Positions 13,074-23,622 of a stretch of DNA of 64,000 nt are shown piece after piece. The position numbers and the translations under genes were made by a program. The stretch comes from Sminthopsis crassicaudata (Eukaryota), in contig NC_133617.1 in assembly GCF_048593235.1 (NCBI RefSeq), positions 526,422,958 to 526,486,957 of the forward strand, given 5' to 3'. The notes below the pieces were generated by a model that did not search any database, was not told the DNA's origin, and was given only the letters and a program-made list of their open reading frames with translations. Numbering within the stretch: the stretch's first letter is position 1; each line of letters begins with the position of its first letter.

Positions 13074-16000
13074 CAGTGGTCCTCAAACTTTTTAAATAGG
13101 GGGCCAGTTCACTATCTCTCAGACTGTTGGAGGGCCGGACTATAGTAAAAACAAAGACTATGAACAAACTCCTATGCACGCTGCATATATCTTATTTTGA
13201 AGTAAAGAAACAAAACGGGAACAAATACAATATTTAAAATGAAGTAATGTTAAATCAACAAACTTACCAGTATTTCAATGGGAACTATGAGCCTGCTTTT
13301 GGCTAACGAGATGGTCAATGTCTGGTTCCATATTTGTCACTGCTAGTCATAACAAGTGATGCAAGTGTGCATCTGTTAGTCTTGATCTGGTTGGAGATTT
13401 CAAATGTTTCATTCTAGAAAAAGTCTGTTCATAGACATAAGTGCTGCCAAAGATGGTTGCCATTTTGAGTGCATGGTTCCTGAGATGAGGATATGTCTCA
13501 GAGGGGACAGATGCATAGAAATCATGAAGGCGGCTTGACTTGAATGTGTCTTTCAAAGAGTTACAATTCTGCAGTTCAGCCAGTTCCATTTGGTAAATTG
13601 TATCCACATTTTCAATGTCAATAGAAAATGGGTTACGTAAAAAGCTGTATGTCCTGTTCATGGAGATGAAGCTCTTTAAATCTAAATTGGAATTCCTTTT
13701 GCAATTTTTCCAATGAATCCACACATGTTTTGTTTGGGAATGCAATCAGCGGTTTTTCTGCTAACAGATTTTGAGTTGTGGGGAGATGGCAGAAGTTTCC
13801 TCCTTCACTTGTTTGATGAGGAAGCCTAATTTTACTTCAAATGCTTTGACATGTGATTGCATATCACAGATGAGCTTCCCTTTCCTTGAAGTTGCATATT
13901 GAAATTGTTGAGTAGCTTTGTTACATCTGTCAGAAAGGCAAGGTGTCATTTCTATTCTGCATCATTGAGCTCCCTGGTACTTTGTTTTTTGAAAGCAGGA
14001 AAGTTGTAATATGTGGAAGTAAGTCATAGAAAAGTTTCAAAACTCTCCCTCGACTCAGCCAACGGACTTCTGTGTGATATAGAACATTTTCATACTCAAC
14101 AGACAGAAATTCCTGAAATTGTCTGTGATTTATTGCATTAGCTCTAATGAAGTTAACACAAGATAACCACAATTTTCATAACAGAGTCCCACTTCAGGGA
14201 TTTACTACACAGTACTTGTTGGTGGACGAGGCAGTGTATGGCTATTGGATGAGAATGGTTATGTTTGTCCATCTCTTGGTTAATGTGAGCAATTTCTTCT
14301 TTCTTAGACCCCACCATGCTAGGGGCACCATCAGTTGTCACACTGGCTAGTTTAGCCCAATCCAGCTGCAAATCATTCATAGTTTGGCAAACTTTTTCAT
14401 AGATATCCTCTCCTGTAGTTGTTCCTTTGGTGCTTTGCAGTGCAGCAAGCTATTCTGTGACTTCAAAACAATCATTCGTCCCATGAATAAAAATTAGAAG
14501 TTTTGCAGAATCACGAACATCATTACTTTTGTTGAGTGCCGAGGAAAAATATGAAATTTTTCTTGTGGAGTTTTGCAAATGCTGATGCAGATTGCCTCCC
14601 ATTTCTTCAATCCTCCATGTAATTGTACAGACTCACTGCACTAAATAAATCGGCCTTCTCTGGACACTTCTCTTTGGCATCAGAAAGAAGGCATTCTTTA
14701 ACAAATTCTCCCTCCATGAATAGTCTGCCAGCGCGTGCTATTAGCTTGGCAACTTGAAAACTTGTTCGCAGTGATGAAATATTTAGCCGCTTCTGCTTCC
14801 CAAAAATATTTTGCTGAGTTGTCAATGTATTTTTCAGTTTTAATATTTTATCTTTTCTCACTTCTCCAACCAAACAATCATATTAATCTTTATGTTGAGT
14901 TTCATAGTGTCGACGCAAATTATATTCCGTAAACACAGACACTATATTCTGGCAATATCAGCCATACAGCTTTTTCCTTGTACTGCATGAAAAAGTAATC
15001 ATAAGTCCACTGTTCTTTGAATATTCTACACTCCAAGCCAATTTTTCTTTTTCTTGACATCATTATTTCTAAGGGATTCCAAATTGCTATTAGTAAAATA
15101 CCAATATATGTATATAGCGCTACAAAAACAATATGCCAGCAATAACTTTGCCCACACAGAGACATACGGACTGCAATGCCCAACTTCCTCCAAGCTGCCT
15201 CTGCGCTGTGATGCCTCCATTTCCCACACTCTCTCTCCTGCTTCAGATCTTCACTGCACACAAGTCACTGCTCAGGTGGCCCTCCCAAATGCCCTGGCTT
15301 CCTCTGAATCCTGGGATCAATTCTTATGATCCAGTTCTGAATGATCATGCATGCAACACTCATAATTTATCATAATTGCAGGCAAGACTGTGCATATATG
15401 TATATAACTGCGTGATATATTGTATGTGCAGAATGAGCTTCAGTGACAAATCTTACATTAGGGCTTCTAGGGAGGTCATCATGTGACTTGAAGCTGCATA
15501 AGTGTATGGGGACCTTAAGAATCTGGAGGGGGATGAAGCAGTACACCAGCTCTGTACCCCCTCATACTCAGGTTAAGTGGGGGGGCACTAAGGTCAGACC
15601 CCCAGTGATTATAAGGTGATGACATATGTTAGCAATATTCCATCTCTTTATGAAACTACAGAACATACACACAATGATAAAACTGATGACCACAACAGCC
15701 AGACATTAGGTCACTATGGATACAGGGCCACGGCCTGTATCACTCTGGGCAGTACCGCAACATGGGCTAGAGAGGAAGCCGTTACATTGTCATTACAGCA
15801 TAATGACAATGATAGAGTCAAGCTGGGACTTGTAGTACTAACTGTTACTATACTCGAGCACCAGACACAGCCCATATATTCCCCCTGCAGTGGCCGTGAC
15901 ATGCACAGCATGCACTGTACATCCCTCCTGCCTGTCTGTTGTGGTGGCTTCCGTTACTTTACAAGGCCTCAGGCTGCCAGTTCTCCGTCTCTCCCTTTCC

Positions 16001-16203
16001 CCACCATAAACCCCGGCCTAGGAACTCACCTCACCTCGGTACCGCCTCACACTCTGTCTCCATCGCCTTAGCCCAGTGCTAGAAGTGTGCGTTGCTAATG
16101 CGAGTTTAGGTTGAACGTCACTTCCTGTCTGATTTTGCCATAACCTGGTGGGCTGCATAAACGTCATCAGTGGGCCTGCTGGTGTGCGGGCCATAGTTTG
16201 AGG
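13074..16203 (-). mobile_element. hAT/Charlie DNA transposon, OposCharlie1 (OC1)-like, near full length, non-functional
   Basis: TIR CAGTGGTCCTCAAACT at 13074, preceded by GCTTAGAG (resembles the Charlie NTCTAGAN target). The matching end ...GGGCCATAGTTTGAGG lies at 16188-16203 with the terminal ~7 nt missing. Length is ~3.1 kb with internal transposase remnants. Confidence 0.88.
13275..15063 (-). pseudogene. Decayed hAT (Charlie/SPIN/GTF2IRD2-like) transposase, ~600 codons, with frameshifts and stops
   Basis: Fragments across frames: MMSRKRKIGLECRIFKEQWTYDYFF, NLRRHYETQHK (zinc-finger-like), TTDGAPSM (catalytic D), CLVHQQ (CxxH), TEVRWLSRG, FGSTYVYEQTFS (catalytic E, dimerisation region), RSRLTDAHL. 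The TGA at 13347-13349 is premature; the frame continues LAVTNMEPDIDHLVSQKQAHSSH* to 13275. Confidence 0.92.
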
Positions 16204-17443
16204 TGAAAATAAGGTGTATTGGTGTGTGCCTGTCTGCTATTAATGCAAAAGCACTGAAACAGGACTTGGACTATTGTGATGGGACCAGTATCTGTAAGAG
16301 TCACCTTCTTCTCAGTCTTCTTCCCCCTCTCTCCTCCCCCCAACCCCACCCAGGGTTAGGCTGGTTTTTTTTTTTTCCTTAAAAATTGACAAAACAGTGA
16401 CTTGGCTTGAGAATGGGGCAGTGCAACTTCTTGCTGGTCTCCGGCCATGTCAACATGGATTCCTGGTCACCCAGTGGTAGAAAAGGTCCCCTCCCCTCAT
16501 GAGGTTGACGTTCTTCATTCAGTTTTGCTGGATACCTAAAAATCATTTGAGTCACCACATCCTACCTTACTGAATAAACAAACATCTTCCACATGTCTAA
16601 ATATGAGAGAGACAGTGTGGCATCTTTTGAAGTTTTGTGCTGTGTTAATGTCAAGGAAACCTTTTGTTGACTCTTCAGTCAATTATAAATAACTCATTTG
16701 TCCCAACATAGAACTAGAACTGTGATGGCATCAGGAAAATGCCAGACTAGACATATATGAGAAATAAAGAGAAGGCCGATGTGGGTGGAATGCAAACTGA
16801 GAGAAGGGGGTGGGCTGTTGCATAATGAATTTGGAAAGTTGGTTCAGGATTATATTATGGAGTTTTAAAAACCCAACACTGTAGTTTATTTTATTCTCAG
16901 GGTTCTGAAGAACATCATTGGAATTTTTTTAATTAGGTAGGGGAATGATGTCTGATTTGTTATATAGGATAGGAAAATTGGTGTTGCGAGACTTTAGACA
17001 AAGAGACTGATGCTTTTACAATAATCTTAACTTGAGGTGATTTTTTTAGTTTTTCATCTGATATCCAGTACCTATTGTGGCTAATAATTTCCCACCACTT
17101 GTTTCTCCATTATCCCCATGTCATTCAATCACTAAGGAGTCAACCTTGGAGCAAACTATCCCTAACACCCACCTCCTGTTTTCTCATCACTATCTCACTA
17201 AATCGTATATTAGTTTTGCCCTAACTTTTTTCAATTCTGATCCTTCTCAACCTATTTGCCACATTTAGTACTGACCACCGTCTCTTCATGCTTTCCACTC
17301 TGATTTTTGGTCACACTGTTCTCTTCTGATGCTATTCCTTACTGTCTGGCACCTTCCTTTGCTGGATATTTTATATACAAAATAGCTTCAATAAATATTG
17401 CTCAAATCTGGTACAAAATTTTTTTCTGCCTTTTTGTATTATA

Positions 17444-17447
<4 letters not shown>

Positions 17448-17503
<56 letters not shown>
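17448..17503. repeat. (GT)n microsatellite, ~28 units
   Basis: Directly visible. Confidence 0.99.
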
Positions 17504-17505
<2 letters not shown>

Positions 17506-17769
17506 CTCATAGGAATGTGCATGTGTGATGTGATTGCTAAACCTCACATATTTTCAAATTGAATGATGTTTTGCATGCTTCATCAATCATGTTTGTTAAT
17601 CAAACCCTTGTCTGTAGACTGGTCCTTTTGCTTCCTCATTGGTTGTCTTAATTACTTTATCTTTGATCATAAAGCTGTTGTTCTTGTTAATGCTATTTCT
17701 CTCTTTGTCTTTGTGTCTGCCTCTGTCTATACCTGTATCTATAGCTGGATGACTTTAATGCTAGAGTAG

Positions 17770-20300
17770 ACTACCAGACCTAACAGGGAGTTTTGGGGAG
17801 GAATGGAGCTGGAAACAGCAACAGCAGTGGTCACTTACAACTGAAGTCTTGTACTTCTTATGACCTCATCACCAACACTATTTTTTCTTTATCTAAAAAT
17901 AATGAAACTTCATGGATATACCTTTGCAGCAAACATTGGCACTTAATAGACTATGTGATTGGAAGGAGATGAGACAAAGAGTGACAAAGGCAATATGTGG
18001 CACAGAGGACTGGATTTATTCTTTCTAAGATAAATGTTTGTGTTCAGTGGCAGCTCCAAGGTTTAAAAGAAAAAGACTTAATGTCAACAGAATGCTTTTC
18101 TGAGTGGGAACAATGTATTGCTAACTGTTGCTAACTTGAGCCAATATATGATTGGCAGAAAAGGAGGGACAGGTTTCACAGATTTGGTATACATTTGTTC
18201 ATCTGGGTCGGAACACTCACATCAACACTGAATGAAAATGATGGTGAAATTCAGAAGTTGCTAAATGAAAAATTAGAACTCCACAGGTTTTACTGGCAGA
18301 ATAGTTCATTCATCTCTAAGGAGGCAAGTTAAATTCAATTGAAGTTTAGAAAGGTGTAGGATTCTTGGCTCAGTTAAGAAGGCAGATGAAATACAGTTTT
18401 AAACTGATGGTAACAATCCATAGCATTTTTATAATGTCCCGAAGACTATTTATGGGTTAAAGACTTATGGTACATTTCTAGTACTTGATGGAGCCACATG
18501 AATTAGTGATAAAGACATTATCCTTGAGAGGTGGGCTGAACACTTTCAAAGTGTTCTCAACAGACAGGCATCGATCAGTGCTGAAGTCATTGACTGTTTA
18601 CCTCAGGTTGAAATCAGTGCCTCCCTAGCTGGAGTTCCAACTAAAGAAGTTTTGAGTGCCATTAGGCTTCTTTTCTATTGTTCTGATTCTATTCTAACTG
18701 AGATTTATCTTATGAGGAGTAGAGGAAGAATCCATTGCTTTGCAAAAGCTGACTAAATTTTTGGGTTATATGGTAAGAAGATGTTATTTCCCAGGGGTTC
18801 AAGTACACCTCCATTGAACATCTTCATAAAAGTAAAGGAAATAGATTGTCCTGTAGCAATGATGTGGGGGAGGGGGGTCTCTCATGCTAGCAAGATTCTT
18901 GTCAGAGTTCTTTTTAATAGGCTGAGCCTTCATCTGGAAGATGATTCATCCACTTAAGAGCCAGAATGGCTTCAGAAAGGGCTAAAAAATAGTTGATATA
19001 GTGTTGTTTGCTGCCCAACAGCTCCAGAAGAAAGACAGGTCTGTACATAATGACCAAGGCCTTTGATACTGTCAGTTGTGAGAGTTTTGGGAAAGTGATG
19101 TCAAATTTTCTTGCCCAGAGAAATTCATCTGTGTTATATGTCATATTGTCTAAATTCTGGATAATTGACAGTGTCTAAGTCACCCTTGCAGTGAAGCAAA
19201 GCTGTGTGCTTGCTCTCTTGCTTTTTAGCATGTTTTCATCCATCTTGATTATCCTTAATGAGAATGAACACAGCATCAAGGTCAGCGTCTATACTGCTGG
19301 TAAATTCTTCCATTTGAGAAGTTTATAAGCCAAGTGGAGAGAGTGTTGGTACAAGATATTTTTCTTGGCAAATGATTGTGCACTCACTGCAATCTCTGAA
19401 ACTGAGATGCAACAAATTATGGATTAGTTCTCTGCTGCTTGTTAATTTTGGCCTAACAATTAACACCAAGAAAAGATAGCCATTCCATTAGCTAGTACTA
19501 CACTATTTATATGTGGAATTATTGATTACAGAAAATGGAGACATTTTGAATACTGTGGATAAGTTCACTTATCTTGTTATGATGGCCAGGGACTTTCAGG
19601 GATTTACACATTGATAATAAGGTTGATGCACAAACTGCCAAAACAAGCTTAGAGTTTGGGAGGCTTTAAAAGAAAGTGATATATACAACCGAATACCAAA
19701 TTGAAGATCTAAAGAGCTTTTGTGCTGATCTCATTGTTAGTTGTCTGTGAAACCCAGACAGTTCCATATCATACCATATACCAGTGCCATGTCAGGAAAT
19801 TGAATCCCTTCTGTTTGAATTGTTTTGGAAAGATTCTGAAAGATCATCAAGCAGGATAAGATACCAGACACTGGGTCTTTTCTTGAATTTAAATTGCCAA
19901 TCATTCAAATTCTACTGCAGAGAGTACAAGCCTGATGGGTTAGGCCTTGTTGTTCAAGTGACAAACATACTCTTGCCAAAAAAAGACTATTTTATGGAGA
20001 ATTCACACAGGAGCAATGTTCACATGTTGTGAACTCTCTCAGGGTCTCTTTTAAGAACTTTGGAATCAATTGTATGATAAGGGAGACACTGGCATAGCAA
20101 TCTGGCATGATGTGCCCCCGTTAGAGAAGGTGTAAACTCTGTGAACCAAGCAGAATTTAAGTAGCTCAAAAGAAACATGAAATATGCCGATTTAGAGAAT
20201 CCACCTTAAATGTTTCCATGGTCTATTTGTGCCCCATCTGTCATAGAACAGCAGTCAGATACTCTGCTTGACTCAAACATAATGGTAGCATTTTGCTCTT
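17770..20300 (+). mobile_element. RTE-clade LINE, decayed endonuclease and RT remnants, 5'-truncated
   Basis: Endonuclease-like GACCTCATCACCAACACTATTTT; RT-region motifs AGGTGGGCTGAACACTTTC, GCTAGCAAGATTCTTGTCAGAG, CAGTGAAGCAAAGCTGTGTGCTTGCTC, TTTTCTTGGCAAATGATTGTGCACTC (FADD-like), ATTAACACCAAGAAAA. Confidence 0.88.
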
Positions 20301-20919
20301 CAAAGGACAATAATCAACATGGGACCTAAAATTCTATCTACTCAACCCCTCCCCTGCTGTGGTCCCTCTCCCTCCCCCCTCATTTTATAAATGGGAAAAT
20401 GGACTATCAGGGCCATGACTACTTGTACTACCTTGTAAGTAGTAAATACTAGGAGTAAAAATATTGTAAAAAAAATCCAGAGCAGGATTGATTCTACTGT
20501 AACTTTCCACAGATAAATTCCATAGAGATTAACAGATAATATTAACATATTAATGATGGTTGTTCTGTAAGTACATGAATGGTATGAGAACACAAGTACA
20601 TGAAGGTAGCTATGATCATGGACAGTTTTGAATAAATCCTAGGGAAAAGAATTAGATTGACACATGGAAAGAACCAAGTAGGATATGCAGAGATATTTTG
20701 GTCTTCTCTGAGAATATTATTAGCAGCTGATTGTACTCTAGGATCTAGTGACCCTGGCTTTCTTGGTGTTCTTTAAACAAGATACTCTTAACTCCTGATT
20801 AATTCCATCTCCAGCAAGAAACCTTTCCTTGTTCTACTTAATGTTTGTAACTTCCATCTAAGGTTACAAATTTGTTTGGGAGGTTCCAAAGGAAAATGTG
20901 GGAGAGGAAAAATATTAGA

Positions 20920-21200
20920 CTGACTACCAAATTGAAGCTCTACAGAACTCTACAGAACAACCTCATTGTTGTATGTATACCTGTGAAACCCGGTAGTGCC
21001 ATGCCAGGAAATTGAATTGCTTCAATTTGAATTGTCTTAGGAAGATCCTGAAGGTCACCTGGTCCTTCTCTGACTGAGACATCGATGTCCTTTCTTGAAC
21101 TAAATAGCCAAGTATTCCAACTCTACTGCAGAGAGCACAATTCCATTGGGTTGGCCACATTGTTTGAATGTCAAATACAATGGATCTTTACCTGTTTTTT
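20920..21200 (+). mobile_element. RTE-clade fragment, homologous to 19690-19970
   Basis: ACCAAATTGAAGCTCTAC...GTGCCATGCCAGGAAATTGAAT...CTCTACTGCAGAGAGCACAA parallels the C-terminal part of the upstream RTE. Confidence 0.8.
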
Positions 21201-21589
21201 TCCAATTGTACTGAATTACCTCATTATTTCTATTCGTGGTCTTGGTATAATAAGAATAGCTTGGTTATATAGAAAAGCCCTCTTTACAGGCTTGTAGCTA
21301 TTCATCTAGCTTATCTGTCATGATTGTCTGGATTAATCCGAGTCATAAATTATGTCAGTCATGACAATATAAAAGATGGAAGCAAGATCAAGTAATTGAG
21401 GATGAATATGAGTATATTTTAGTCCTGTAAACATAGTGGAAGGAATGCCAAAAGACATAATGAAATAAGGCCGGTGAGGGACAGCAAGAAGGAATTTAAA
21501 AAAAAATTTTTTTTTGATAGAAAAAGAAGGCGAATTTTATTTGATGAAGGAGGGAATGAGATGGAAATGATAAGTTATCTTCAAGTATC

Positions 21590-21728
21590 TTCTTAATTAA
21601 AGAAATGGTGAGTGCCCTGTCTTTGAAGAAACTGGATGACCACTTGTCAGTGGGTGTTCCTTTTAATTTATGATTTGGACTTAATAGTAGCTGAATTCCC
21701 TTCCAACTCTGAAATTCTGTGATTGTGA
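21590..21728 (+). mobile_element. MIR3/L3(CR1)-type 3' end
   Basis: CTGGATGACCACTTGTCAG...TCCCTTCCAACTCTGAAATTCTGTGATTGTGA. Confidence 0.75.
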
Positions 21729-23570
21729 ATATCTGCTTAATTTGCAAGGTGGAACTAAATGATAGTTGAATGAATCCTTTACTAGGGCATAGAGAACAGA
21801 TATGAATAGCATATGTTATCTTAGCATGTGAAAACAGAAGGGATATTTGGTAGATTTGGGTCAGAGACAGAGACCATCAAGTTTTCAGTGGTTATACCAA
21901 AATTCTAGTTTTGTGAAATGAATGAAACTCATCCATAATAAAAAAGTTATGTTTGATTTCTCCTATTCCTTTTTTTTCTTTTATGTTTAATGCTTTGGTC
22001 ACTGGACCTAACTTTGAGTATAATTCTTGATTTTAAATACCTTGAGACTTATGGAAACAATAAATTTTATTGAATGAGCATTTTAAGCACAATGTTAAAT
22101 TAAGCAAATTTGGTCTTTTTCAAATTTGCTAATTTTTTTTTCTTCTTGGCACTTTTAATTCCTGTGTGATATTCTACAGAAATACTTGTTATGAATTGTT
22201 ATTTGAGTTTTAAGTGCTTCATTTTATAAGAATAAAAAATCTTTCTAAACAAAGTAAATTTATCAACGAAACATAAAATTGTTATTTTTTTCTTGGGAAA
22301 TTTAAAGGTTTTGTTCATGTGATTCAGATATACTTTTGAAATGAAAAATATAGTATAAATTTAAATTGAGTTCATGGGCATTTACCAAAAATTCTAGTTT
22401 GTTCATGAATCAGTTCTTAAGAAATAGTTAAGTTAATCAGGTACACAGGTTTATTATCGAGATATGAATATTATATTGATTAAATACTATTGACAGCAGG
22501 TCACTATAGTTTATTTGTTGTCTTTACCAAAAAACACCCTCAAAACAATCAAAGCTAAGGTACAGCAACTTGTTAAACACTTTAGAATTACTTTTTTTTT
22601 TTTTTTTTTTTTTTTTCTCTCCAGTGTGATACTTAGAAGGCAGCTGCTGCAGATAAACTCTGAAGCCCCAGATGGTGGTTGCTTAATCCTCATGAGAATT
22701 CATGTCCTGGAAACAGCTCTTATCTCCCCAGACCTGACATTGTCTGTGAGCCTTCTCTAAGGAGGGAATAATATAAACATGCTATGCATGAGTTTCACTT
22801 CTTGAATATGTCAAAGACATAGGAAGTTATAGTAAAGTGTATCAAGAACAGAGTTCACATTACTGCAAGTGTAGTTATTTAAAGTACTTCAGCACACTAG
22901 TTTGGTGATCAGTGATTTTTTTTGGTGGGGAGAGAGGTGGAAAATGCTGGAAGGACTGTTTTTACAAAACAAAAATTGCATCCTCTTCCACCATTTTAAA
23001 TTTAGGAGAGTACATTTGTTTACTAAATTCATAATGAGTAAGGATTATCTATTAAACTATAACCTCAAACATCTAAATGGATCAGTTCTTTTTAAAATGA
23101 AGTATCTTGTAGCACAATACCACAGTGCCTAGAACATAGTAGGCATTTAATAAATAGTAACTTATTGAATGACTCTGTCTTATGACCCAAATCCTTGTTC
23201 CTGTCAAGAATAAATCCCTGTTTTATAAAGCCAAGATAGCAATTCTTACTTTGCTATTTCGTAATTATTGTTATATTTGAGAATTGCTCAGAGATCTGTT
23301 CTTTGAGAGGTAGATTAATGACAAAAATATCTCTTTAGGGTAGGAATGAGATTTACTGAAATTTGGAATGGGGTGCCTTGTTAATTCAGTGTCCTTGTGC
23401 ATTCAGAAATGTTGCCATAATCACCCATGAATATCAAAAACTGATAGAGTAACATGATAATATTGTAGAACTAGGTAATAAGAAAATAGTTTTTTTCAAA
23501 AACCAAAATAAGGTTTGCCTCTTTATAATCTAACCGAAGACATGAAAAACAGAATCAACAGTGTATATGC

Positions 23571-23574
<4 letters not shown>

Positions 23575-23613
<39 letters not shown>

Positions 23614-23622
23614 TGTGTGTGT
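23575..23622. repeat. (GT)n microsatellite with one TT interruption
   Basis: Directly visible. Confidence 0.98.

Noticed and set aside
15616-16071. 151-aa plus-strand ORF
   Set aside because: Lies antisense in the GC-richer 5' region of the transposon and has no recognisable domain; probably chance.
15900-16200. Apparent CpG island or host gene promoter
   Set aside because: It lies inside the OC1-like element, so the CpGs are transposon-derived.
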